Source of the DNA: Macrostomum lignano
Lineage: Eukaryota
Reading direction: 5' to 3'
Length of the DNA stretch: 45,913 nt
Assembly (NCBI GenBank): GCA_002269645.1
Contig: NIVC01002963.1
Location: 1 to 45,913 of the forward strand
In this document: in pieces, positions 11,954 through 22,554 of the stretch
Layout: every line of letters begins with the position of its first letter
Numbering within the stretch: position 1 is the first letter of the stretch
The notes under the pieces: generated by a model
Seen by the model: only the letters and a program-made list of their open reading frames with translations
Databases searched by the model: none
Told to the model about the DNA's origin: nothing
Translations under genes and position numbers: made by a program

Positions 11954-12647
11954 GCCTGTCTGTCTGTCTGTCTGCCAGCCCGAATTCACAGCCCACCTGC
12001 TTGAGTTTCTCCTTCCCAGCCGTGATATTATAGACTTTGCCGTCATCCCGCAGCAGCCGCTGGAACAGATTATCTCCGTATCTCGAGCTGATTGGCTTCT
12101 TCAGCACCGAGTCGAACTCGGTGAGGTGCTGGAAGCCCAGCTGAGCCGCAATGCTGTGCGCGTCAAGCCGGTTCTTCTTCAGGCCGTACTTTGCCAGCCA
12201 AGAATCTGACGGGATCAAATCGCGAACGTCGATCTCCCAGCGTTCGCCGGGTTTCGGTACGTCGACGTTGTACTTTTCTGATGTCTGGACAATATCGCTG
12301 CCGCCTCGGCCGGAGACGACCTCGCGGATTGAGCCGCCATCTTGACTCTGCTGCTGCTGCTTGGACACGTGAAAGGCCGGAGCTGTCAAAGTACAATTTA
12401 GAGTTGAAAGTCTATTTATTTTATAGTTTATTATATTAGCTACTAGAATCAAAACACAATAATAGTCTTGAAAACTTACTGGGTACACTATAAGCGAGGT
12501 CCTTGATGATGGGAGTCGGAGCTAGTTCCGTTAGTGACTGTAAAGTTGTAGAAATAAGCTAATAATTTTAAACTATGCTTTTATATTATTGTGTCTTAAG
12601 ATTTAAATATTTCTTACCTGTTTTGTGGTAGTAATACCCGAAGCCAT
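1..12647 (-). CDS. VWA3B: VWA3B-like gene model, complement(join(<1..120,5916..6203,6794..7210,8185..8396,8788..9023,9685..9857,11168..11327,11429..11649,11997..12382,12480..12537,12618..12647)); 3' end lies outside the window
   Basis: All introns are GT-AG and exon phases are consistent (0,1,0,2,0,2,1,0,0,0), giving 767 open codons. Recalled similarity to vertebrate VWA3B along the whole length: [39 protein letters not shown] (MIDAS-like DxSxS), [27 protein letters not shown]. The acceptor at 7210 could alternatively be 7201. Confidence 0.9.
142..510. repeat. G-rich minisatellite, ~47-50 bp unit (ggggcaggaaattaagaatctgaggggggttgtattggggtgggtgttagt), ~8 copies
   Basis: Visible tandem repetition next to the VWA3B acceptor. 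Confidence 0.85.
1743..2161 (+). CDS. FKBP4: FKBP gene exon 1 (N-terminus, most of FK1)
   Basis: ATG 1743 in ORF 1608..2183; donor at 2162. Confidence 0.85.
1743..4774 (+). CDS. FKBP4: FKBP4/FKBP5-type immunophilin (2 FKBP domains + 3 TPR), join(1743..2161,2678..3134,4133..4774), 505 aa
   Basis: FK1: RVSIHY...ESTRD...EFVL...TEYAYSKRG...[12 protein letters not shown]2: [33 protein letters not shown]: [26 protein letters not shown]. Splice sites ctgag/gtctgt..gagcag/a (phase 2) and gag/gtggga..atccag/g (phase 0). Family is secure; exact orthology (FKBP4 vs FKBP5) is not. Confidence 0.88.
2215..2640. repeat. 23-bp minisatellite (ctaggactcaagacagccataat), ~18 copies, FKBP intron 1
   Basis: Direct tandem repetition, period 23. 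Confidence 0.95.
2678..3134 (+). CDS. FKBP4: FKBP gene exon 2 (end of FK1, FK2)
   Basis: In frame with ORF 2739..3248; bounded by AG and GT. Confidence 0.88.
3160..4100. repeat. Degenerate ~16-bp G-rich minisatellite (gaatggggaatttctg), FKBP intron 2
   Basis: Tandem repetition; explains spurious ORFs 3130..4280. Confidence 0.95.
4133..4774 (+). CDS. FKBP4: FKBP gene exon 3 (TPR domain, Gly/Gln-rich tail)
   Basis: ORF 4133..4774 begins exactly at acceptor ccaatccag; stop taa 4772-4774. Confidence 0.9.
   Translation: MSAFGKLEQAYLAKDKGAHYFAKGRYKQALNHYECVLNYLEHDPDFFDVDKVEHAEFHGKRQQVLLAGRLNCAICYLKLRKFKSAIKQCDSVLQKLDAKNVKALYRRALASMGIGRLYEARDDFRAVLELEPDNSSASRELAGCLQAIEQAKRRERALCETIFRRGGLGGSGSPTASSATNLSGELGGDGRKQQKQQQQQQEQQDKQEPNSSN
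5320..5790. repeat. 30-34 bp minisatellite (cccttaattctcccttcaagacatttgattgcct) with a 97-bp higher-order period
   Basis: ttaattctcccttcaagaaattgg recurs at 5401, 5498, 5595. Confidence 0.9.
5916..6203 (-). CDS. VWA3B: VWA3B exon 10 ([18 protein letters not shown]...YLLTDGRPD...PESWE)
   Basis: 288 nt, phase 0/0, cccgcag acceptor and gtgag donor. Confidence 0.9.
6235..6530. repeat. 19-bp minisatellite (ttgctagggtgatggttgg)
   Basis: Tandem repetition, degenerating rightwards. Confidence 0.9.
6794..7210 (-). CDS. VWA3B: VWA3B exon 9 (VWA domain, DTSASM)
   Basis: Within ORF 6731..7264; donor gtgggc at 6793. Confidence 0.88.
7270..8110. repeat. 28-bp C-rich minisatellite (ccaatccgcccctcaagtcctctcccct), ~30 copies
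   Basis: Period 28; fills almost the whole intron. Confidence 0.95.
8185..8396 (-). CDS. VWA3B: VWA3B exon 8
   Basis: [33 protein letters not shown]; phase 1/0. Confidence 0.88.
8560..8770. repeat. 14-bp minisatellite (ctctagatcccaca), ~14 copies
   Basis: Near-perfect tandem repetition. Confidence 0.95.
8788..9023 (-). CDS. VWA3B: VWA3B exon 7
   Basis: [26 protein letters not shown]; phase 2/1. Confidence 0.88.
9105..9520. repeat. 12-bp AT-rich minisatellite (ttagattttcta / ttagattgtcta)
   Basis: Tandem repetition; source of the NLIE/SIRF pseudo-ORFs. Confidence 0.95.
9685..9857 (-). CDS. VWA3B: VWA3B exon 6 ([13 protein letters not shown]...[10 protein letters not shown]...LTGGR)
   Basis: 173 nt, phase 0/2; absent from the ORF track. 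Confidence 0.88.
10290..11110. repeat. G-tract minisatellite, ~13-bp unit (ggggcagggggtt)
   Basis: Dense GGGG runs in tandem. Confidence 0.95.
11168..11327 (-). CDS. VWA3B: VWA3B exon 5
   Basis: [16 protein letters not shown]; phase 2/0. Confidence 0.88.
11429..11649 (-). CDS. VWA3B: VWA3B exon 4
   Basis: [29 protein letters not shown]; phase 0/2. Confidence 0.9.
11680..11975. repeat. (TGTC)n tetranucleotide microsatellite with TGCC variants
   Basis: Direct observation. Confidence 0.97.
11997..12382 (-). CDS. VWA3B: VWA3B exon 3
   Basis: [15 protein letters not shown]...[11 protein letters not shown]; phase 1/0. Confidence 0.9.
12480..12537 (-). CDS. VWA3B: VWA3B exon 2 (58-nt small exon, [19 protein letters not shown])
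   Basis: ctttacag acceptor, gtaagt donor; phase 0/1 is exactly what links exon 1 to exon 3. Confidence 0.75.
12618..12647 (-). CDS. VWA3B: VWA3B exon 1 coding part ([10 protein letters not shown])
   Basis: ATG 30 nt upstream of a cag/gtaag donor; the next two exons have no in-frame Met. Confidence 0.7.
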
Positions 12648-15600
12648 CTTTTGCCTTCTTTATAATTTGGTTTTCTCAAGATTCATCAGGACTGGAAAGG
12701 TCATAATACATTGATTTACAAATGACAAGTCTTAAAGTTTCTGCCAAAAGCACTGATGAGAAAAATTTAAACCTCCAAGCATAAAAAAATTATAGGTACT
12801 ATAAAGCCACAAATGGCTTGCTTAGTTTTACAAATTTGAGTAATTTCAAATTTGGTATTATTCATTTTAAACTTAAACTTTAAACTTTCGACTTGATGAA
12901 AAGCTATCTTACATATAGCTAATTAGTGAATTTTCTTTAAAAAAGTCTATACATTTTTAACTGATTTGTGGTAAGCCTCAAATAGAAGGATTTTCCTTAA
13001 TTTTTATATTAAAACATGGATGTTCAGATATGTACATCATTTTCTATAAATAATCCTTAAGCAAATAAAGCATCAAGATTGTTCTTGGCAATTTTTTTTC
13101 GCAGAAAAATATATTCTTGACAATTCAAAGCTTTTAAGTAAAAGTCAGTGAGCTACTCTCACTAAAAGGAAAACATTTTATGATAGATAGTAATAGTATC
13201 TGTATGAATTTATTCATTTAGAGAATTTTTCAAAATATTATAACTGTTTGCGATTGATTAAATAATTTTAAAACATTAGAATAGGTACTTATAATAAGTA
13301 TCACACACTAAGTGTTCATTATCAACTTTAAAAACATAGAAATTATAATTAGATGTATTGCTGGTTCAATAAAATCGAACCTTTTGAATCTACTTCAATG
13401 TATTTAATCTAACCCGCCAATTAATTTGTCAATTTCATTGAACCCACACTAAATTCTATACGTAAACTGACCCCATGCTTTTATGATATCTGTCCAAACC
13501 ATAAAGGATCCCTATAGGATCGTGACGTGACTGGAGTTGCGTTGCGTCGTTCTACATCTCCTGTACTTAACTTTGCTTTTATATATGAAGTATGCGCATT
13601 CAAAATGTCGAAAAAATATGGAAAAAGTTTTATTGGCTATGAGCTCTCATTAAATTCATAAAATATTTGCCAATGCGCATAATATATAGTGAATACAAAA
13701 CCTTAATGTAAAGTGTTTCAGTGATAAATTAGATAATAATAGTTCGTTGCAGCCAAGTTAGATGTCTCTTATTTACCATAGTTAATAGCATAAAAAGAGA
13801 TTTAAAATTTATAAATCTGTGGTTTTTAGTATATAAATCATAAATTTTGCTTTCGAATATCAAGTAGTGGGCTATTAGAAAACTTAGCTGTACATTTTGT
13901 TTAAAATAATAACAAATAGGACTAAATTTCAAAGTTCATAAAAGTTTTCGCTGTGAAGCCCCCCTGAGTAATTTATATACTTATGCAAATGAAGAGGTCT
14001 AAAATGCATGCATTTAATAACTACCAATGTATAATATTAACGTCGGACGTCGGTTTTCATTTACAGACTGGTTTTTCGTAAAAAAAATCGATACCAAGCA
14101 ATATGCGCTCCAGTTTAGTAGACCCCTATACAAGTTCTAAAGTCAGGATGCGCAATTTTTCACATTTGTTGCATCTTCGGATCTTTGATCTTGCACGCAT
14201 TAACGCATAGACTGGGGCCTAGCCATAGCATAGCCATAGACCTAGGCTATTACTATGGTTATTGCTATGCTGTCTCTAATGAAAGAGTCATTTCAGTTCC
14301 TGAAAAAGGCATTAGGCCCTAGGTCTAGTTCTAGCTTAAATTAGGCCCTATGGCTATACTAAGAAAATTAGAAAATCAATATGCTACATTTTTACCTTGG
14401 CTTTAGTTCAATGCAAGATCAATAAATATTGGTAGATATAATACAGTTATTTTGTCTGCTGCCTTTTTGTAAGTGTAGGGTATCACTATTCCCCATTGCA
14501 TAAAAATTGCTTTTATTCAAGAGCAAATGTGACAAAAGAAAAAAAATTAGAAGGACAATACAAAGGCAAAATCAAATATATCTTAGATGAAAAAGCCTTT
14601 TTGGCATATTGGTATATTATTATATTTTGGCTATAATATAATTATTGATGTCATTGAAATTTTGGGAAGGCAATCAACTACATTGCCTCCTATCATTGAC
14701 TTTAGTTCTATTATACTTATACCTAGGCAGCATAGGGCCATAGGCTTATTCAAAAACCAACATTTTTTACAAACAAACTAAAAATGGAATTATTCTCACT
14801 TATTGTGATTTTTTGTATGAGTATGGAATACAAAATCCCAATTTGGTAAACTTTGCCAATCTTAAGATTTCAAGATCCTAGGCCTAGGATTAAAAAGGTT
14901 TCTAATTTTTTTGGTATAGTTTTGGTTTACAAAGCTATCTAACTTGATTTTAAAGTTATTTTAATCATTAAATTAGAACAGATTAAAATTTTGCAAATAA
15001 AAAACTGAGAGTGAGCTATGAATTAGAGTATGATATATAGGCTAGTATATAATAGACATGCTTTTTTTGGTTTGGATCTAGAAAATATTGAACAAGGGTA
15101 CAGATTACTAAAGTATCTATATATTATGTATATATATTTGATAATTTATATTTCCATATAAAAGATAAAAAATAAACTTGATAGAAGGCAAAAAGTCATC
15201 TTGTATATCTTAATAATATATTTATAGTTACTCTTACCATTTATCAAAAATTACAAAAGTTTTGCTTAGGTTTTCTTTATATTTAAATAGCATTTTGGTC
15301 AAAAAAAGTTGTACTGCTAGTGTAAATCAGGGGGTTGCATACATAAATATTCATTTAGTTGTAAGCATTTTTATAGCTCTACTTATACCCCTATCCATCA
15401 TATCAAATAATAGCTGCAATGGTCTTTTAAGTTACTGAATGGCTTAAAAATAGGAACTAGATGTGTGAAATATATGTTCTTATAGCCATATCTGTATCTC
15501 TATATTCTATCTAAAAATGTCAATATCTATAATTTCCTATAGTCATATCCATTTTTATAGTAGAAATTTAAATATAGATATGAGTAAGTAAATATCCCTA

Positions 15601-15999
15601 GCTTTTTGTCTAGTTGTTATATAAATTTGATACATAAATATTTCATGATTTAATGTCAGAATTGTAGATAATAAAAGTTAATGTTCAAGTCTATTTTTAA
15701 TAATGAAAGTTTTTGTTCTATTAGGTTACAAACTTGCACCTAGGGTCTAGTTTTTAATTTTCATTTTTAACCTAAGGTTGCAATTTCTATTTACAAAAAA
15801 AGATAATAATCGTCTACAAGGTCAAATTTTAGGATGCAATTAAGAAATTAAGGATGCTATAATATTCCTTTTATGAAAATAAACCTTAGCTATATTTTAT
15901 TAAATTTCTTTTTATCCCTATATTTATAAACTTATTCTATAATAGGATTTTTTATCTCTACACAATTAGTTAGGCCTTATATTATACTAACATCAATAA

Positions 16000-16285
16000 C
16001 ATATATGCGCAACCTCCAAAATTTGGTCGGCCATGCAACTTAGTTTTAACAAAAATGTGACGTAGTTTTTGGCCAAAAATGCAACTTACATGTAAAATAA
16101 CCTAAAGCATAATTAACACAATTTTGGGTAAACGGCAGGAGTAACTATAACTGTCTTATTAAGTAAAAATTCCTCGTCAGCTACTTAGTACTACTACTAC
16201 TCCTTTTTTGGGTGGGCATTTTTGCGACTTCCTTGATTGGCCGCCAAATCAGTCGGCCGGATCGGCCGACTGTTGCACATGTATG
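16000..16285. mobile_element. Non-autonomous hAT-type MITE, copy A (286 bp)
   Basis: TIRs catatatgcgcaac / gttgcacatgtatg; perfect 8-bp TSD atcaataa at 15992-15999 and 16286-16293; homologous in reverse orientation to 18423-18660. Confidence 0.9.
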
Positions 16286-16986
16286 ATCAATAAAGTATAC
16301 TTTTTTTATAAAAAATAGGCCTAGGCTAGTAGAAAAAAGCTTTATGTTTAACAATTTTGTCTATTACAATGATTATAAGAAACTTTGTAAATGTAATATA
16401 GTTGTTACTTGAAGAATATGCACCTTAAAGCCATGTTTTCTGTTTCTACTTTAAAATAATCATTGATTGAAGGACAACTAAAACAATGAGTATTATCATA
16501 ACAAGCTGCTTTAGTTGTCCCTAGGTTGATTATCAATTATGATAGGCCTACCTAGCCTATCTAGGCAGGTAAAAAAATCAATTAATAGTTGATGCCAAAT
16601 AGAAAAAATGATTTAAACTTTGTGCAGCTCAAAGGTAAAAGCTAGTCATGTTGGAAAAAAACCATGTTGCAAAGGTGCAGGGAAATTCTGGTCGTTGTGC
16701 ATGTATGATGTCAAACTAGAATAGAATTAAAAAACCCATATGAAAAAAGAATGAATATTCTTAGTCACTAATTAGCACAAATGTTTATACGGAAACAACT
16801 ATACCATTTTTACAACACTTTCTGCTTATTGAGAGAAATTCTTTATCTACATAGCAAATTTTCTGTGTGCCTCAAATATTCAGCTTCAATCCTGGCTACA
16901 GGGAGGGGCCCTAAGCGCCTTCTGAAGCTTCTTCTTTGACCCAACTTGCCAGGCAATCAATCATTGGCGTCAGCATTTCACCCGGC

Positions 16987-17520
16987 ATGTCAGCAGTAGC
17001 CAATCAGAATCGAGTAGAAAATGGCAAAGAAGTTGAAGCAGCAATAGAAGAAGCAGACGAGGAACAATATTTCACCGATCCGGATGATATTATCGATTTG
17101 TCTCGCCTGTCAGATTCGGTTATTCGAGTATCGCCAACGCCCGATTCAAATGCATTAGTAGCTTCCGCTCCGTCTAAAGTGGAACTACTTCGCAGCCTGT
17201 CTTATTTAGAGTCGGAATTGCAAGCGGCCGATGCGGCCATAGCAGCATTGAGAGCTAGCAAATCCAGGTTGGCATTCTATCAGGCCAAATACGTCAGGCT
17301 TGTTCTGCCAGATACATTCAGCTCCGCCCTGGGCGCCAGTTCAGGAAATCAGTCCTCTGATCAAGGTGCAGCAAAATCCGCCAATGGCCAACCAGACGAC
17401 AAGCCAACAGTTGACGAGGAGAGCCAGATGGGCCAGTTGGAGAATCTAATCGAGGTGCAACGTCGTGCGCACGCTTGCATGACTGTACAGTTGGAAGGAT
17501 TGCGGAATAAGCTTAAGAAG
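16987..17520 (+). CDS. CTTNBP2NL: CTTNBP2NL-like exon 1
   Basis: ATG 16987 in ORF 16936..17553; donor aag/gtgagg. Confidence 0.8.
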
Positions 17521-19959
17521 GTGAGGAACTGGGATGCTCATTATTGTTGCTAGCGAGCTGTCTGAATTTTGGCTAATTTGGATGACTTTAATATTAATGC
17601 TCCCAGCTTAAGATTTTTTGGGATTCGAGAGGCCTCCTAGCCTTGGGATTAGGGTCACTGGCTTTGGGATTAGGGTTCCCTAGCTTTGGGATTAGGGTTA
17701 CTAGCTTTGGGATTAGGGTTACTAGCTTTGGGATTAGGGTTACTAGCTTTGGGATTAGGGTTTCCTAGCTTTAGGAGTAAGGTTACTAGCTTTGGGATTA
17801 GGGTTACTAGCTTTGGGAGTAAGGTTACTAGCTTTGGGATTAGGGTTACTAGCTTTGGGATTAGGGTTTCCTAGCTTTGGGATTAGGGTTCCCTAGCTTT
17901 GGGATTAGGGTTCCCTAGCTTTGGGATTAGGGTTACTCGCTTTGGGATTAGGTTCCCTAGCTTTGGGATTAGGGTTACTCGCTTTGGGATTAGGGTTCCC
18001 TAGCTTTGGGATAAGGGTTCCCTAGCTTTGGGATTAGGGTTACTAGCTTTGGGATTAGGGTTACTAGCTTTGGGATTAGGGTTCCCTAGCTTTGGGATTA
18101 GGGTTCCCTAGCTTTGGGATTAGGGTTCCCTAGCTTTGGGATTAGGGTTCCCTAGCTTTGGGATTAGGGTTCCCTAGCTTTAGGATTAAGGTTCCCTGGA
18201 ATCCCTATATTTATGGCTTAGGAAACCTAAGCTTTGGGATTGACTTTCTCGCGATATTATATAGCTATTCTAACAGTGCACTCTGCTCTATTCCAGGCCT
18301 CCCGCGACCTGATCGACGAGCGCTGCAAGCACGAACAGGACTCGGCCGAAGGCGATGACGTGCTGGCAGGCCTCGGCAAAGAACGAGAGCGACTGCTCAA
18401 TGAGGTGAGTGGAGAGCTGACTCATATATGCGCAACTGCTGGCCGACCTGGCCGATCTGGCCACCGTAAATTGTGGTGGACCAGGGGTAAGTCGCAAAAA
18501 AGCCCAGCCTAAAGAATACAGACGTAGTACTAATTAGATGACGAGGCATTTAGCCCTTATAAGACAGTCATAGTTACTCCTGCCGTTTACCAAAAATTGC
18601 GTTAGGGTTTTTACAGGTAAGTCGCATGGCCAGTGTAAATCAGGGGGTTGCGCATGTATGAGCTGACTGGTTTACTGCTGGCAGATAGCCTGTCAAAAAA
18701 GGCCCTGAAAAGTAGCATCAGGCCCTGAAGAATAGCATCAGGCCCTGAAGAATAGCATCAGGCTCTGAAGAATAGCATCAGGCCCTGAAGAATAGCATCA
18801 GGCCCTGAAGAACAGCATCAGGCCCTGAAGAGCAGCATCAGGCCCTGAAGAATAGCATCAGGCCCTGAAGAGCAGCATCAGGCCCTGAAGAATAGCATCA
18901 GGCCCTGAAGAACAGCATCAGGCCCTGAAGAGCAGCATCAGGCCCTGAAGAATAGCATCAGGCCCTGAAGAATAGCATCAGGCTCTGAAGAATAGCATCA
19001 GGCCCTGAAGAATAGCATCAGGCCCTGAAGAGCAGCATCAGGCCCTGAAGAACAGAATCAGGCCCTGAAGAGCAGCATCAGGCCCTGAAGAACAGCATCA
19101 GCCCCCATAAGGCTAATCTGAAGCGCTATTAATAATGCAGTAGCAGAAACTGCAAACGCCACCATGTCCTGAAGCGCCAGCTGAACTTGAACAATCAAAC
19201 CCAACCCGCCTTGCCCCTCAGTTGGAGTTCGAGCGCTCAAACAATCGGCGCCAAGAGAAGGAACTGAAGCGCCAGATTCGGGCACTAGAAGAGATTCGCT
19301 CAAGCAATGCCAAGCAGAAAGCTGTAGCGCTGGAACAGATTCGCCAAAGAAAACAGGCAACCGCACAGCTGAAAGAGCTGACTGACCGGTGCCGCCAGCT
19401 GGAGTCTCAACGGCCTCGGCTAGCGACCAGCTCCTTGGATCCAGCAGTCGCCGCCGACAAAGCCGAGGCCGTCGCCGCAGCTGCCCAGCACAAAGTCGCC
19501 GAGCTGGGCCGTCAGGCGGCGGCGGAGGCGGCAGCGGCGGACCGGCTCGCGGCAGAAGTTGAATCGCTGAGACTCCGCCTGACTGCCAACACCGCCGCCA
19601 CCTCATCGGCGTCTTCGGCTACGTCTTCAACTGCGACTTCGGGCGGTGCCGGGCGTCGGGGCGCGAAACCGGAACCGCCCGTCAGGCGGACGCCGGAGAC
19701 GCCGCGGTCGAGGCCGCCGGGTACACCGACAGCGGCCTCGGCGTCGACTTCTTCAACAAGGATCGGCTCGTCACCTGGTGGCACACCTGGCTCAGGGTCC
19801 AGTAGTAGAGCTTCAGCTTCGTCTGCAGCGTCCCGTCTACCCATGAATGTCGGTGGCGGCGTCGGCGTGGGTGTCGCCAGTCCGAAACGAGCAGCGGCAT
19901 CAAGCGGAGGCGGCGGGTCTGCGAGGGTTCTGACTGCCGGGACTGCCAATGGCAAGTGA
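16987..19959 (+). CDS. CTTNBP2NL: CTTNBP2/CTTNBP2NL (Nausicaa/FILIP-related, CortBP2 domain) coiled-coil protein, join(16987..17520,18297..18404,19222..19959), 459 aa
   Basis: SKVELLRSLSYLESELQAADAAIAAL resembles the CortBP2 N-terminus. DLIDERCKHEQDSAEGDDVLAGLGKERERLLNE/LEFERS matches the family motif DLEEERQRHAQDTAEGDDVTYMLEKERERLTQQLEFEK (recalled). Both introns are phase 0 GT-AG. The 3' end is uncertain. Confidence 0.82.
17637..18200. repeat. 21-22 bp minisatellite (ctagctttgggattagggtta) containing TTAGGG
   Basis: Tandem repetition in CTTNBP2NL intron 1. Confidence 0.95.
18297..18404 (+). CDS. CTTNBP2NL: CTTNBP2NL-like exon 2
   Basis: ttccag acceptor, gtgagt donor, 36 codons with the GDDV motif. 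Confidence 0.88.
18423..18660. mobile_element. Non-autonomous hAT-type MITE, copy B (238 bp)
   Basis: TIRs catatatgcgcaac / gttgcgcatgtatg; perfect 8-bp TSD agctgact at 18415-18422 and 18661-18668. Confidence 0.9.
18710..19100. repeat. 20-bp minisatellite (aagaatagcatcaggccctg), ~19 copies
   Basis: Period 20. Confidence 0.95.
19222..19959 (+). CDS. CTTNBP2NL: CTTNBP2NL-like exon 3 (coiled coil plus Ser/Pro/Gly-rich tail)
   Basis: ORF starts at acceptor cccctcag/TTG; stop TGA 19957-19959. Confidence 0.82.
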   Translation: MEFERSNNRRQEKELKRQIRALEEIRSSNAKQKAVALEQIRQRKQATAQLKELTDRCRQLESQRPRLATSSLDPAVAADKAEAVAAAAQHKVAELGRQAAAEAAAADRLAAEVESLRLRLTANTAATSSASSATSSTATSGGAGRRGAKPEPPVRRTPETPRSRPPGTPTAASASTSSTRIGSSPGGTPGSGSSSRASASSAASRLPMNVGGGVGVGVASPKRAAASSGGGGSARVLTAGTANGK

Positions 19960-20184
19960 GGCGAGTTGAACTGTGAGCTGCGCGAACTGCCGCCGTGTAG
20001 GCAGACTGATTGTTGTCTGTAGCTTTTGGCGCCATTTTCAAACCGGATTGTAACCGCTGCTGTTTTAAGGATCAAGGCTCATAGGTTAGGTTATTTTTCT
20101 GAATCACACTGAAGCCAGTACTCACGTTTTCCATATTTCTATTTGTACTGTAAGAGATTCTACTTTCAAAATAAACAAGAGGTC

Positions 20185-21995
20185 CAAATCAATAAACAAC
20201 CAGTTTCAAAATCAATAAACAACCAGTTTCCAAATCAATAAATAACCAGTTTCAAAATCAATAAATAACCAGTTTCAAAATCAATAAATAACCAGTTTCA
20301 AAATCAATAAATAACCAGTTTCAAAATCAATAAACAACCAGTTTCAAAATCAATAAACAACCAGTTTCAACATCAATAAACAACCAGTTTCAACATCAAT
20401 AAACAACCAGTTTCAAAATCAATAAACAACCAGTTTCAAAATCAATAAACAACCAGTTTCAAAATCAATAAACAACCAGTTTCAAAATCAATAAACAACC
20501 AGTTTCAAAATCAATAAACAACCAGTTTCAAAATCAATAAACAAACAGTTTCAAAATCAATAAACAAACAGTTTCAACATCAATAAACAACCAGTTTCAA
20601 AACCAATAAACAACCAGTTTCAAAATCAATAAACAACCAGTTTCAACATCAATAAACAACCAGTTTCAACATCAATAAACAAACAGTTTCAAAATCAATA
20701 AACAACCAGTTTCCAAATCAATAAACAAACAGTTTCAAAATCAATAAACAACAAGTTTCAAAATCAATAAACAACCAGTTTCAAAATCAATAAATAACCA
20801 GTTTCAAAATCAATAAACAACCAGTTTCAAAATCAATAAACAACCAGTTTCAACATCAATAAACAACCAGTTTCAAAATCAATAAACAACCAGTTTCAAA
20901 ATCAATAAATAACCAGTTTTAAAATCAATTAACAACCAGTTTCAACATCAATAAACAACCAGTTTCAAAATCAATAAACAACCAGTTTCAACATAAATAA
21001 ACAACCAGTTTCAAAATCAATAAACAACCAGTTTCAACATCAATAAACAACCAGTTTCAAAATCAATAAACAACCAGTTTCAAAATCAATAAACAACCAG
21101 TTTCAAAATCAATAAACAACCAGTTTCAAAATCAATAAACAACCAGTTTCAAAATCAATAAACAACCAGTTTCAAAATCAATAAACAACCAGTTTCAAAA
21201 TCAATAAACAACCAGTTTCAAAATCAATAAACAACCAGTTTCAAAATCAATAAACAACCAGTTTCAAAATCAATAAACAACCAGTTTCAAAATCAATAAA
21301 CAACCAGTTTCAAATCAATAAACAACCAGTTTCAAAATCAATAAACAACCAGTTTCAAAATCAATAAACAACCAGTTTCAAATCAATAAACAACCAGTTT
21401 CAAAATCAATAAACAACCAGTTTCAACATCAATAAACAACCAGTTTCAACATCAATAAACAACCAGTTTCAACATAAATAAACAACCAGTTTCAACATCA
21501 ATAAACAACCAGTTTCAACATCAATAAACAACCAGTTTCAAAATCAATAAACAACCAGTTTCAACATCAATAAACAACCAGTTTCAACATCAATAAACAA
21601 CCAGTTTCAACATAAATAAACAACCAGTTTCAACATCAATAAACAACCAGTTTCAACATCAATAAACAACCAGTTTCAAAATCAATAAACAACCAGTTTC
21701 AACATCAATAAACAACCAGTTTCAACATAAACAATAAACAACCAGTTTCAACATCAATAAACAACCAGTTTCAAACAATAAACAACCAGTTTCAACATCA
21801 ATAAACAACCAGTTTCAACATCAATTTCAACATCAATAAACAACCAGTTTCAACATCAATAAACAACCAGTTTCAAACAATAAACAACCAGTTTCAACAT
21901 CAATAAACAACCAGTTTCAACAATAAACAACCAGTTTCAACATCAATAAACAACCAGTTTCAACATAAATAAACAACCAGTTTCAACATAAATAA
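20185..21995. repeat. 23-bp minisatellite (ccagtttcaaaatcaataaacaa), ~78 copies, most units containing AATAAA
   Basis: Period 23 over ~1.8 kb. Confidence 0.97.
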
Positions 21996-22554
21996 ACACC
22001 CCGTTTAACCAGAATAGTCATTCGAAGTGGCAGACTTAATCAATTTCCACTTATTGCTATTCACCTCAATTGTAACTCTTAAATTGTGTGTTTTATTTAC
22101 GTCACAGAACGTATTTTGCAATCCCGCGTTATAATATGGAGAGTCTCTGTGTGAATCACGTGTTTTTTTATTTATTTGTTTATTTACAAAATAACAAGAG
22201 CAGTAGCAGTCACTAGTCAGTCTGAGGCTCCAAGCCGTCTGAATCCTTCTATCTCGAAATATAATCGCATGGACTTTAGAAAACTAATTTTGTTTTCTTT
22301 TATATTTTTGTTTTCTTAGCTAAATTTAAAGTAATTGTTTTTTCTAATCATGCAGTGTCTATTTAATGTCAGCATATTAATCTTGTTTGTGTTATTTTTT
22401 CGTTTCTATATTTTCTACTATCATTTTGTAAATAATTCTTTCGTAATGACAATGCATTATTATTAGAGAGGTGAGTTCGGAGACCCTCTTGTACTATACA
22501 TATTGTTTATATTGTTACTATACTAGTAGTATGACGTGCGTATGGTTTTGTTCA

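Noticed and set aside
13590-13682. MITE bounded by tatgcgcatt / aatgcgcata
   Set aside because: Only a 10-bp inverted match in AT-rich DNA, with no TSD and no second copy.
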